Positions 1 through 8,596 of a stretch of DNA of 31,613 nucleotides are shown here, one piece after another. Each line of letters opens with the position of its first letter. Position 1 is the stretch's first letter. The translations under genes were made by a program, and so were the position numbers. Origin of the DNA: a virus (Duplodnaviria > Caudoviricetes). The DNA lies in the IMG/VR virus record IMGVR_UViG_3300037484_000865, positions 1 to 31,613 of that record; one strand, 5' to 3'. The notes below the pieces were generated by a model. That model made no database searches, was not told the origin of the DNA, and was given only the letters and a program-made list of their open reading frames with translations.

Positions 1-1
1 A

Positions 2-247
2 CTGCGGATCAGGGACAAACTTTGGATCATTGCTGTCCGGGAACAGCACCAACCCACACTTCCTGCACCACGCGCGCATCTTCCCTGTAAGGAAGTAGCG
101 GAACCGATCTGGCCAATCTCCGTCTCTATGTATCTCCCCACCACAATCTGGACACGTACTTGCCATTTCTGTTGCGGTGGCACGATGGACGTAACGCACA
201 CGTCCTGCAAGCCAAGAAAACTCAGGTGGTAACTCTTGTTCTCTCAT
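2..247 (-). CDS. N-terminal part of a primase/helicase-type protein with P4-alpha-like Zn-ribbon (runs off the window edge)
   Basis: Not in the ORF track. Manual translation from ATG at 247: MREQELPPEF...STCPDCGGEIHRDGDWPDRFRYFLTGKMRAWCRKCG..., fitting the CPxCGG..DRF..WxCRxCG primase Zn-binding pattern. AGGT lies upstream. Confidence 0.75.
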   Translation of the reverse strand, partial: MREQELPPEFSWLAGRVRYVHRATATEMASTCPDCGGEIHRDGDWPDRFRYFLTGKMRAWCRKCGLVLFPDSNDPKFVPDPQ

Positions 248-406
248 GTTGGCTACCTGCGATTGGATTACATATCTTGTTGTCCTAAGACAGTTACGAC
301 CAGCAATCTTGATAAGATTGCCAGCCGCTTTAACCCTATTTCACGTCCGTTTTTTGCTTGATCGACCCAACCATATTCATACTACATAAGACGGGTCAGT
401 GCATTT

Positions 407-435
407 ATTGTAATCTAGGTCACCCAAAATGTCAA
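407..435 (-). promoter_or_regulatory. sigma70-type promoter for the leftward primase-like gene
   Basis: Minus strand TTGACA (435-430), 17-nt spacer, TACAAT (412-407). Confidence 0.8.
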
Positions 436-577
436 GAGCATAGAACTGATCGTTCAATTGAATTGTTACTACGGATGATATACATATTAGTTGTATTATA
501 AATAATTATACTATAAATGAAGCAAGAATTATGAGAAGAGAAGAAATTCCAGTATCATGCTCCAGAGAAATTGACTA

Positions 578-606
578 TTGCAATGCCAGCATGTTTGTGA
601 TATAAT
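578..606 (+). promoter_or_regulatory. sigma70-type promoter with extended -10 for the rightward small-gene operon
   Basis: TTGCAA (578-583), 17-nt spacer, TGn-TATAAT (598-606). Confidence 0.8.
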
Positions 607-675
607 ACTACTTAAGACGTAAGTAAGGCTTACGTGTCGATTTTATCAGCACTAGAAAAAGGATGTGTGCGTAAA

Positions 676-1353
676 ATGGTAGAGAAACAAACGCTAGACG
701 TATACGAGGAACAGGCAAGGAGCATTATAGAGGGGTCAGAGTACAACCAACTGGTTGACGTCCTGAAAGCATTGGACTCCTACCGTGCCCAGTCTATTGT
801 GCCAGAGGCATTGGGTAGCTGCGGGTTGTACATGTATGGACCGGGAGGCGCGGAGATTTTGATTACCTCTCGCGGGGTAGACCTGGAGTCCGCCTGGGAA
901 CAGCTTGTTACTTTTGTAAACAAGCGCTTGCAGGAAGGCTACAAGCCGGTGATCAAACGCGAAGGTGCAAACCGCTTCTCCGGTGACACCACGCAGTCTA
1001 CCACCGCCGTAACGATCGCACCGCAAACAACGCAGGTTGGTGCGGCTGTCGCACAGCCAGCCGTTGCAACCAACACCACCAATGCTTCTGAGGGCGCGAG
1101 TAGTATGCCGCTCACCAAACTGTACGCGAACGTTACGAGCGGCAAGACGTACTGGAAGATCGAGGGTGGCCGGTTTAAGTTTCCAGCCAACGTGTGGCCA
1201 GAGGTTCTGGTTGCTGCCGGTTTTGATGTGGAGAAACTGTCAACTACTGCGGTATACGATCTTATGACCGACGGTTGGGTGGGAGAGTACGAAAAGAATG
1301 ACAAGGGGTATCCGAAAAAGATCACGCGCATGTGGAAAACAAAAACACAATAG
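676..1353 (+). CDS. Hypothetical phage protein, two domains joined by a Thr/Ala/Gln linker; C-terminal beta-rich basic/aromatic domain possibly binds nucleic acid
   Basis: Long ORF just after the promoter. ATG 676 is preferred to GTG 634 because AAAAGGA lies upstream of it. Function is a guess. Confidence 0.7.
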   Translation: MVEKQTLDVYEEQARSIIEGSEYNQLVDVLKALDSYRAQSIVPEALGSCGLYMYGPGGAEILITSRGVDLESAWEQLVTFVNKRLQEGYKPVIKREGANRFSGDTTQSTTAVTIAPQTTQVGAAVAQPAVATNTTNASEGASSMPLTKLYANVTSGKTYWKIEGGRFKFPANVWPEVLVAAGFDVEKLSTTAVYDLMTDGWVGEYEKNDKGYPKKITRMWKTKTQ

Positions 1354-1437
1354 CCTGATCCGTACATGATCTGCATACGCAGGGTAGCAACAGTCACCCT
1401 GCGTATGCTTACAACACCACTAGAATTGGATGTTTTT

Positions 1438-2082
1438 ATGACTGAATGGACAAGTCCAGGGATCACAGCGGATCTTTTCGACAGCTTGCTGGATGATGTG
1501 CTCAAGACGGTTGTGGAGAAAGCACTGGAGACGGACTGGCGAGTTCTGCCGCAGTCCGTGCACATGGCAATGTGGGACAGCGAGAATTTCAACAGGAGTT
1601 GGGGATCGGTGGATATTGTGTCAAACGAAGGCGACACAAACAACTACCCCGCCATCCTTGGCGCAATTGGTCGCCTAGCAGTAAGCAATGGGCAAATTCC
1701 TGTCGCGGCGTACTGGTGCAAGAACGCGAAGATGGAGTCAACCGCATCTCCGGATCAATACACTGGGTTTATCATTATCGGCATGACGGACGATAACCGT
1801 ATCAACGGTGCGTTCCTGGCCATCGGTGAAGATGGCAAACCAATCGGCGCGCAGATGTGGCACTTTGCAACTGCGGATGATGGGAACACTATAGACTCCG
1901 ACGTGCTCGACAACCTGTTTATCGCGGCAAAGGAAGCCTACCGAGAAATACTTGGAGACCCGGACAAACCCACAAGCAGAGAGACCCTGACCAGCGATCT
2001 ATTCAAGAACGTAAAAGGCATCGGTGGTAAGCACAATAAGGATGAAAATAAAGACAATGGGCCAAAAACAACGGATGCTTGA
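1438..2082 (+). CDS. Hypothetical protein
   Basis: ORF 1366-2082; start uncertain (MTEWTSPG at 1438 chosen). Its stop overlaps the next start. Confidence 0.65.
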   Translation: MTEWTSPGITADLFDSLLDDVLKTVVEKALETDWRVLPQSVHMAMWDSENFNRSWGSVDIVSNEGDTNNYPAILGAIGRLAVSNGQIPVAAYWCKNAKMESTASPDQYTGFIIIGMTDDNRINGAFLAIGEDGKPIGAQMWHFATADDGNTIDSDVLDNLFIAAKEAYREILGDPDKPTSRETLTSDLFKNVKGIGGKHNKDENKDNGPKTTDA

Positions 2083-2455
2083 TAAGGACGGACACCGCAT
2101 ATATTACGCGGAAGATCTTTCCAGCATGAAATGTAGTTCGCCAGGATGCGATCACTCCAGCCATGATGGAGTCGAAATGTTTGTCCATCAGATCTGCCAC
2201 ACTGGACGCGGTTTACTTTACAATAAGAAGGAAGAATACGTAATTCTATTCTGTTCCGTATGTGCCGTACACGTTCTCAGCTTTGCGGTGGACAACACAG
2301 GCGGTGCGAGCTACATATCTTCCGAGTCGCCGTGTCACCAATCCCCATGGCTCGTATCCATACACGATGGGCAGGTAACGTTCCATTGCGCGGAGTGCGG
2401 TACAGAATGGGGAACCATGACGATAGCGCGCCTGGAGGAGAACAATAATGGGTAG
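2075..2455 (+). CDS. Cys/His-rich putative Zn-binding protein
   Basis: CSSPGC, ICH, CSVC, PCH and CAEC motifs form two similar halves. ATG 2075 overlaps the end of the upstream gene. Confidence 0.7.
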   Translation: MLDKDGHRIYYAEDLSSMKCSSPGCDHSSHDGVEMFVHQICHTGRGLLYNKKEEYVILFCSVCAVHVLSFAVDNTGGASYISSESPCHQSPWLVSIHDGQVTFHCAECGTEWGTMTIARLEENNNG

Positions 2456-2576
2456 AGAGATTGCACGTATCGCCATGAGTATTGGTGCTGGCGCGGCCAG
2501 TACCGTACTATTGATCGTTATTCGCACGGCAGTGCGAAAAATAAAGGAGGTTATTCGTGTTCGCAATAACCATTGA
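2448..2576 (+). CDS. 42-aa small membrane peptide
   Basis: Not in the ORF track. GGAGGAG SD, then MGREIARIAMSIGAGAASTVLLIVIRTAVRKIKEVIRVRNNH: one hydrophobic segment and a basic tail. Confidence 0.65.
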   Translation: MGREIARIAMSIGAGAASTVLLIVIRTAVRKIKEVIRVRNNH

Positions 2577-2733
2577 GAAGTGCCCGGAGTGCGGGAAAAA
2601 GCACCTGAGCCTGTACGTTACGGAATTGGAAAAGCCTATCGTGATCAACAATATCCCGCACCTGTACGTCGTGCGCTGTCCGTATACGGACAAGGTTTTT
2701 ATTCCAAGAATGCCCAGCACAAAGGAGCAGTAA
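2557..2733 (+). CDS. 58-aa Zn-ribbon protein (CPECGKKH...CPYT)
   Basis: Not in the ORF track. AAGGAGGT SD and GTG start; MFAITIEKCPECGKKHLSLYVTELEKPIVINNIPHLYVVRCPYTDKVFIPRMPSTKEQ. Resembles 3008-3214. Confidence 0.75.
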   Translation: MFAITIEKCPECGKKHLSLYVTELEKPIVINNIPHLYVVRCPYTDKVFIPRMPSTKEQ

Positions 2734-2735
2734 GA

Positions 2736-2996
2736 ATGGCAGAAGAAAGCAAGCCGATGGAGCCAACAGGCGAAGAATTTGTAAGGATGCTGGAAGAGAT
2801 GTATAAGATGGGATGGGAGATAACGCTGGCGGGATGGAAAGAAAAAGATCCGCGCTGGCTGTGTGACGCGCAGATCGGGGTGCTCATCACGGACCCCGAA
2901 TTTACTGCGGAGAGTCCCAGGATGAAGATAGCAGTACAACAGGTGTATGATGAGTGGAAGTACAGAAACAAAGAATGGGATAAGCCAAGGCAGTAA
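2736..2996 (+). CDS. Hypothetical protein, 86 aa
   Basis: AAGGAG SD before ATG 2736 (MAEESKPM...). The upstream extension in the ORF track overlaps the better-supported 2557-2733 gene. Confidence 0.7.
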   Translation: MAEESKPMEPTGEEFVRMLEEMYKMGWEITLAGWKEKDPRWLCDAQIGVLITDPEFTAESPRMKIAVQQVYDEWKYRNKEWDKPRQ

Positions 2997-3007
2997 GGAG
3001 ATGCAAT

Positions 3008-3214
3008 ATGGCAACCAAAAAAGCGTTTGTTTCGCATGGCGTAATCAAAGTAATCAACTGCCCGCAGTGCGGTAGTACACACGAAGCGTTGGAGCTACAG
3101 TACGTGTACCCGCCGATAAAGATATCCATGGACGGTACAACGCCAGTGCTGTACAATCTGGTCGCGAACTGCCCGGACACCGGAGAAGTTGTTTACGTAT
3201 CGGTGGACCTATGA
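3008..3214 (+). CDS. 68-aa Zn-ribbon protein (CPQCGSTH...CPDT)
   Basis: AAGGAG SD; ATGA overlap with the next gene. Confidence 0.75.
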   Translation: MATKKAFVSHGVIKVINCPQCGSTHEALELQYVYPPIKISMDGTTPVLYNLVANCPDTGEVVYVSVDL

Positions 3215-3822
3215 GTCCGATCATCCTGAATGAACCAATCGAACTGATGACCACAAGCCAGCAGGAGGAGATATGGGTGCTTTCGCGGACCAATGAGGTA
3301 TACGTCCGCGATGTAAACGGAGAGTTATTTCAAGTGCTGGATCTTACAAACGGGAAGACAGACAAGATAAGAACCGGCAAACAAACCAAGCCAAGTCAAA
3401 AGGAGACAAAGGTGATGGAAAAGAGTGAGCAGAAAGACGACAGGAACGGAAGCAAAAACAAAAACAAAGCAAAAGATAGGTTGTTGGAAGCAGATGCCGC
3501 GCGCAGAATTTCCAACAGGGTTGTCAAGAAGGAAGGTGATTTTGAACTGCCAATAATACAGTCTTTGCCCATTGGCGGGACATTGCGAGTCACCCTCTAT
3601 CCAAGAAACCCGATCACGCGCTGTGAGATATGGCAGAGAATGAGTGAAGATGGCGGTTTCGTGCTTCTCGGTTACGGTCTTGGCGTAAGGAAGAACGGAG
3701 ACGAATACGACGCCATGATTGGCATCAAAAAATCAGTCGCATCGGCGATGCGTCGTTGCCACATTAGCAAGCACTCCAGGACCGTTGTTTGGGAATTGCT
3801 AGACAATATCTTTCCGAGGTAA
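3211..3822 (+). CDS. Hypothetical phage protein; possible second in-frame start at about 3412-3415
   Basis: 203-aa ORF coupled to the upstream gene; internal AAGGAG precedes GTG/ATG (MEKSEQK). Confidence 0.7.
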   Translation: MSPIILNEPIELMTTSQQEEIWVLSRTNEVYVRDVNGELFQVLDLTNGKTDKIRTGKQTKPSQKETKVMEKSEQKDDRNGSKNKNKAKDRLLEADAARRISNRVVKKEGDFELPIIQSLPIGGTLRVTLYPRNPITRCEIWQRMSEDGGFVLLGYGLGVRKNGDEYDAMIGIKKSVASAMRRCHISKHSRTVVWELLDNIFPR

Positions 3823-3839
3823 AAGACAGGAGGTTAACC

Positions 3840-4154
3840 ATGATCGACAGGACTGTCATACAACCAATCTCTGAGGCAAGAAACGAACACGCCACAAATC
3901 CAGGCGGGTGGAACTACCGCTTGGTTCACGTGTTCAGCAAAGAACAGGATTACGATTACTACGAGGTTCGGGAAGTGTACTACACGGATTGGATGCCAGC
4001 CGGTATCGCCGTAGGGTACGCCGCTCCTGGTGGGGATACCGTGGAGGAGTTCCTGTCATCCTGGCGGTTGTACCAGTCAGCTTTGGCAAAACCAATCCTT
4101 GTTTTCGACGACGATAAGGACCGGTTTATCGGGCAAGAAAATCCGATCCTATAG
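3840..4154 (+). CDS. Conserved phage hypothetical protein (WNYR...EVYY...ALxKP type)
   Basis: AGGAGGT SD before ATG 3840; the motif pattern is recalled from uncharacterised phage proteins. Confidence 0.75.
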   Translation: MIDRTVIQPISEARNEHATNPGGWNYRLVHVFSKEQDYDYYEVREVYYTDWMPAGIAVGYAAPGGDTVEEFLSSWRLYQSALAKPILVFDDDKDRFIGQENPIL

Positions 4155-4162
4155 GAGGAACG

Positions 4163-4276
4163 GTGGGTAAACCATACTTTGTAAGGTGTTACTACTGTAA
4201 CGGAACAGGAAAAGATAAAAACGGAAAACAATGCGCCAAGTGCGGCGGTACAGGAAGACTGGAAGTAAAATCATAA
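4163..4276 (+). CDS. 37-aa DnaJ-type (CxxCxGxG)x2 Zn-finger microprotein
   Basis: Not in the ORF track. AGGAGG SD and GTG start; MGKPYFVRCYYCNGTGKDKNGKQCAKCGGTGRLEVKS. Confidence 0.8.
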   Translation: MGKPYFVRCYYCNGTGKDKNGKQCAKCGGTGRLEVKS

Positions 4277-4281
4277 TACAG

Positions 4282-4315
4282 AAAATCCCGTAGGTATAAG
4301 CGCCTACGGGATTTT
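4282..4315. terminator. Bidirectional intrinsic terminator between convergent operons
   Basis: AAAATCCCGTAGG-tataagcg-CCTACGGGATTTT, lying between the stop at 4276 (+) and the stop at 4325 (-). Confidence 0.85.
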
Positions 4316-4324
4316 GTTGTGTAC

Positions 4325-5302
4325 TTACAGGTAAGAAACGATAAACCTTACACCGACGTTAAGGCTGTTATCCGCCGCAGTATCTGCCGCGTTCGCGTAA
4401 TCCCTTTGAACGGTGTAGTAAAGCGCCTCTCCGCGCCATGCCCTTAGATCAGTAGTAAAGTCAACGCCGTGTTCAACAAACGTGTTGTAGGCATACGAGC
4501 CTGATCCGAGCGGAACAGCAATAGAACTGGCGATGTACAAGTTCAATGTGATACCACTATTCCTGTGAATAACATACAGGGTCTTGTTAACACACATCGT
4601 TAATCCGTCTGTTCCACTTGTGTTATCCGTTAGCATCTCGATCCTAAGATTAGAATTGTAGTCGCCAGGGATAACAAGCAACAACCTATATAAGTCGCCA
4701 AGCACAGGGTCGCGGTACGGGTTGCCAACGGTACTCTGGTACGGGAGCGTGACACCCATTCTTTGTGTGTTTGGGTAGGACGAGTTGTAATACAGGTTGA
4801 CCTCACCCGCAAGATATGGGACGTACTTCCGTTCAGGGAACCCAATAAAGTTGCGTAAGTCCAACCGTTGTGTGATCACACCGCCAACGCGAACAAATGC
4901 ACAGATCGGAAGATCCCACGAGACACCATCGATCTGCACAATGGAAGTTGTCATCGCCATTCGTACCTGCTGCGTAGCCCACGTTTTCCGGAGAACAACA
5001 TAGTAGGTGGAGTTTCCAGGGAAGTTAAACGAGATCTGCGCGTCACTGGAATAGATCTTCCCGTCCACAATGGCGATGCCTGTATCGATCGTTACTGTGC
5101 TGTTATTGTAGGACGATACGGCAAGTTTACCTTCCAAACCCACACGAGCAGAGGAAACCACACCGTCCGTTGTTCTGTCCCTGGTGAGTATGTATGACAA
5201 TATGTCCGTGAACATATCATCAGAATACGGCGCACCATAACCGCCCGTTAGGGCGGCGTCGCCCGTAGCTGTTCCTCCCCAAAAATGAGACCTTTCTACG
5301 AT
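4325..5302 (-). CDS. Putative baseplate/minor tail protein; true start uncertain (ATC 5302 or ATG 5215)
   Basis: TVTIDTGIAIVDG...YYVVLR...WDLPI...LDLRNF resembles siphophage upper-baseplate N-domains. The frame stays open upstream of 5215 with plausible sequence (ERSHFWGG...APYSDD). Confidence 0.65.
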   Translation of the reverse strand: MVERSHFWGGTATGDAALTGGYGAPYSDDMFTDILSYILTRDRTTDGVVSSARVGLEGKLAVSSYNNSTVTIDTGIAIVDGKIYSSDAQISFNFPGNSTYYVVLRKTWATQQVRMAMTTSIVQIDGVSWDLPICAFVRVGGVITQRLDLRNFIGFPERKYVPYLAGEVNLYYNSSYPNTQRMGVTLPYQSTVGNPYRDPVLGDLYRLLLVIPGDYNSNLRIEMLTDNTSGTDGLTMCVNKTLYVIHRNSGITLNLYIASSIAVPLGSGSYAYNTFVEHGVDFTTDLRAWRGEALYYTVQRDYANAADTAADNSLNVGVRFIVSYL

Positions 5303-5392
5303 AGTGTCCCTAACCTTCGGCCATTTTTAACTGATCGCCAGCATGGGAATGAATGACCATAAACAAATCCCAACCGGACGGTGTGGTCGTTG

Positions 5393-5419
5393 ATGGTGGG
5401 TCCATCATGGACCCACCAT
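5393..5419. repeat. Perfect 13-bp inverted repeat
   Basis: ATGGTGGGTCCAT-C-ATGGACCCACCAT in the intergenic gap after the holin-like gene. Confidence 0.9.
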
Positions 5420-5457
5420 TGTCAACTTTTGACAAGCGTTGTACTTGTACTCGTACT

Positions 5458-5805
5458 TTACCGGGCGGCTCTGATCTTCCTTGCCACGAAGTGGGTAAGC
5501 CTGTTGAATGTGATATGCGTTGCCTGTGCGGAACCAATAATTGTAATAACGACGCGTACCATCAACCAACCGCCACCAACATCGCATGTTAGCATAATGT
5601 CGGGGAACAGAACCACAAGAATACCGGCACAGTTACCAACAAAGACAAGGACAGACATAATAACGGCAGCTACGCCGATTACCATCTGTTTCTGTGCCTT
5701 GGTCAATGCCTCGAACTTCTGCCTGATTATCGGTGCGAACTCAAACACAAGGGACATAATCACACCGATTGCGATACCGATCAACTCAACGAGACGAGCT
5801 TCCAT
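5458..5805 (-). CDS. Holin-like membrane protein
   Basis: 115 aa with three hydrophobic segments and a basic C-terminus (ARKIRAAR); AAGGA SD; located after the tail genes. Confidence 0.6.
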   Translation of the reverse strand: MEARLVELIGIAIGVIMSLVFEFAPIIRQKFEALTKAQKQMVIGVAAVIMSVLVFVGNCAGILVVLFPDIMLTCDVGGGWLMVRVVITIIGSAQATHITFNRLTHFVARKIRAAR

Positions 5806-5875
5806 TTCTGTGCAATCCTTTCACTAGTCTGGTTTGGTAATACAATTATACAACTTGTTGCATAGGTACGCCACA

Positions 5876-6640
5876 TTACCCAATGACGTACACAATTTGC
5901 AGTATGATCCTATCGTTTACTGCAAACGTAAACGGGATAGACCCCGAAACAGTGCCAGTATTGTATGAAAGCTGGAAAATATTGCCGCTCACCGAGGCAG
6001 AGCCAGTGTAGGTAATCCCTGCCGTTGCGTCAAACATTGTTGCAATTCCAGTGTATCGAACCGTAGCACCGGTGATTATCTGCGCGATGGTGTAACCGCC
6101 CGTACCATAGGTCGTCGTAGACCCCATACTAATCTGCGCAAACTGGTGGATCGCGTTCCCATTGATCCAAAAACTGCCCGACATTGTACCGTTTCCAATA
6201 ACAGGCTGAACCCCAAAGCTGGCCCATACGGGCGTGTACAGAAATACAGACGGAAACGAGAGTGGGTTTTCGATGCGGGTGTAGTAACCATCCGTGATCG
6301 CGTCGTTTGATAACACGTAAGAGCTTCCACCAGCAACCGTAACAGTCGTGCTTGGATCTATGTAGCTTGAAGAAACTACATAAAAGTATTTCAACGTGTC
6401 GTTGGTAAGACGGATCTTTATACCAAACGAATACTTGGCAGTCTGGTCACCAGCAACCGTGAATGTGTTTGCGCTGGCATACGTCCACGTTTCATCCGCA
6501 AAGATCCACCCATCTGAAAAATAGATACTGGACGTATCGTACGTGGGCCTTTTCATCACTTCCAGTTTGCGCACACGGTCAGAGATAGACTTTATGGACT
6601 CTGCGATCCTGTTAAAGCTCTCTATTATTTTCGTTTCCAT
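5876..6640 (-). CDS. Tail fibre / receptor-binding protein
   Basis: N-terminal coiled coil (SISDRVRKLE), then beta-rich domains and a C-terminal head (YTPVW..IGNGTMSG..GSTTTYGTG). TAATG coupling to the hub gene. Confidence 0.7.
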   Translation of the reverse strand: METKIIESFNRIAESIKSISDRVRKLEVMKRPTYDTSSIYFSDGWIFADETWTYASANTFTVAGDQTAKYSFGIKIRLTNDTLKYFYVVSSSYIDPSTTVTVAGGSSYVLSNDAITDGYYTRIENPLSFPSVFLYTPVWASFGVQPVIGNGTMSGSFWINGNAIHQFAQISMGSTTTYGTGGYTIAQIITGATVRYTGIATMFDATAGITYTGSASVSGNIFQLSYNTGTVSGSIPFTFAVNDRIILQIVYVIG

Positions 6641-8586
6641 TATCTTAGATCCGTAAACGTGATCGCAATACGTTCCGACACACCCTGCATCGTGACGGTT
6701 ATTTTTGTGAGTTTCTTGTGCATCTCAAGCGGCCCAAAGCTAGCCGTGACAATGTCGCCAATCTTGTAATGCACACCGTAACAGTGCGACCGTGTCTGCA
6801 ACGGGTCAAAGTTCATCAACTCTTTTACGGCATTATCCTTCAACACCTCTCTACCAAGCTGGTTGTTTTGCTCGATGGTATCCTGGTTGCTGCCGGGACG
6901 TGTAACCTCACGCCTGTTCCACGGGGAAGCCGCTTGCGCCATAACGTTCGCAACCGTGTATACCTCCCTCAAGGAAAGCTCGCCCTCCCCAAGAACCATT
7001 ACGGCGTTTGACTCCGACATTCTGTCGCTTGTGTACGTGATCTGTTCCACTGTCCCGTACGGCACAGAGAACAGTACTGGCCTGTTTCCGTACGCGTTCA
7101 AACCGGAAGATGAGTTGACTTCCGCGTTGCGCATATCGCGACCGATACCGTCTAGATAGGTTCTGAACTGGAATAAAGCCGGACCATTCCCAACGACAGA
7201 GAAGTCGATACCGGAAGTTACCGCTACGTCCTGCAATGTAGAGAGAAGGTTTTCGTACGCGCGCTCTCCTTCCCAATTAATCCCACCACCGGTGTCACCT
7301 TCTACAGAGAACCCAGGCAGCGCGGCGTAATAAACAATCGCACCGGTTTCGTCATTGTAATGTTCGTCGTAATTTAACCGGCCAACCACAGAGAAGTCAT
7401 CCGCCAGCGCAGTGCAGTTCTCTGTCACAAACTCTTTCATTACCGTTTCGGAAGCATCGTTCTTTTCTGCGCGGATCGTGCCTTCCTTGAACGCGATCAC
7501 CGTCCTTGCCAGCAGGTCGTTATACCCAGCACCAGAGGATGTGTACAAACTTACCCCATCCTTGCTGATGGAACGCTCCTGCTTGCGGTGTAATCCCTCG
7601 AAGTCCAGATACCAATCCAGCCTCATGCCAGGGACTTTTCTCCATATCTCTACCTGATAATCCACGTCAAAGTATTCCACGCGCTCGTCGTTACCATCCA
7701 AAACAAGCTGGTAGGAACCGATGCCGTTGACTTCGTTGGTGTACTCCAGTTTCTCCCAGGTATCAAACACAGCCACCTGTGTTCCGGTATGGTCCTTAAG
7801 TGTCACGTAGTACTGTCCTAACGTTGACGCGTTTGGCGGAACATAGATAGGAGGGTACACCGCCATGATCGCAAGGAGTGTGTCGTTGACCAGCACGCCT
7901 TCTGTCCTGGTGATGTTTAGGCGTACCGTGTACGGGCCAATCAGCGGCCCGCTGTCCTTTATAATAGTTTCATCTACGTAGAATGTGCCTATTATACCAA
8001 CTGGTGATGATAATACGCCAACCTGCAAGAAGTACTGCGTGGCAAACATATCGTAGTTGTCTATGCCAAACACTGTATCTTCTGGAACACCGTCGATCAG
8101 CAGGACAATCTCACCATCGCTTGCTACGTCGCTGGAAGCCCTGACCATCATAATCTCCACATAATGCGGAGCATCAGAGATCAGGTTAAGACTTGTGGCG
8201 TGTTGCACACCAGCGTCATCTCCCATCGAGACAACTATTGCATGGCTGGTATCACCAGCGTTCCGGTAAAGATGAAATTCCGCAAGGTTCGGAGCATATA
8301 TGGTATCAAGTTGCATGAACCTTACATGACCGTTCGCTGGAATATCTATCCCGTTTGGGTCGACGTACACGCGCGCTCTCAGGATCTGTGTTGTGTTTTG
8401 AAGGAACGGGGATGGTGCAAATGCGGCGTACGGACTGTTTACACCATTCATTGTAATGGACAGGCCGCGCGTAGATCCACCCAGCGCAGACCCAGCAGTA
8501 ACAGCCATACTGCCACCGCCGGTGTCGTAATAGGTGTATTCGCTTAGGTTGCCAACCTCGTGATCAATGTAAACAAGTATCGTCAT
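6640..8586 (-). CDS. Siphophage baseplate hub/minor tail protein (ReqiPepy6 Gp37-like) with an extra N-terminal LamG-like domain
   Basis: Follows Dit; motifs LEYTNEVNGIGSYQL, NAVMVLGEGE, YGVHYKIGDIVT. The first ~220 aa are paralogous to the N-domain of 18801-20711. Confidence 0.75.
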   Translation of the reverse strand: MTILVYIDHEVGNLSEYTYYDTGGGSMAVTAGSALGGSTRGLSITMNGVNSPYAAFAPSPFLQNTTQILRARVYVDPNGIDIPANGHVRFMQLDTIYAPNLAEFHLYRNAGDTSHAIVVSMGDDAGVQHATSLNLISDAPHYVEIMMVRASSDVASDGEIVLLIDGVPEDTVFGIDNYDMFATQYFLQVGVLSSPVGIIGTFYVDETIIKDSGPLIGPYTVRLNITRTEGVLVNDTLLAIMAVYPPIYVPPNASTLGQYYVTLKDHTGTQVAVFDTWEKLEYTNEVNGIGSYQLVLDGNDERVEYFDVDYQVEIWRKVPGMRLDWYLDFEGLHRKQERSISKDGVSLYTSSGAGYNDLLARTVIAFKEGTIRAEKNDASETVMKEFVTENCTALADDFSVVGRLNYDEHYNDETGAIVYYAALPGFSVEGDTGGGINWEGERAYENLLSTLQDVAVTSGIDFSVVGNGPALFQFRTYLDGIGRDMRNAEVNSSSGLNAYGNRPVLFSVPYGTVEQITYTSDRMSESNAVMVLGEGELSLREVYTVANVMAQAASPWNRREVTRPGSNQDTIEQNNQLGREVLKDNAVKELMNFDPLQTRSHCYGVHYKIGDIVTASFGPLEMHKKLTKITVTMQGVSERIAITFTDLR

Positions 8587-8596
8587 GGGTCACCTG

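Noticed and set aside
443-455. GAAC-TGATC-GTTC as a LexA/SOS box
   Set aside because: The spacer is 5 nt; the Gram-positive-type box is GAAC-N4-GTTC.
939-1643. 234-aa - strand ORF and other - strand ORFs within 700-4250
   Set aside because: They overlap a + strand operon that has a promoter, SD sites and coupled genes.
4325-4420. C-terminus NSLNVGVRF resembling a DGR variable region
   Set aside because: No template repeat with adenine-specific mismatches and no reverse transcriptase seen in the window.
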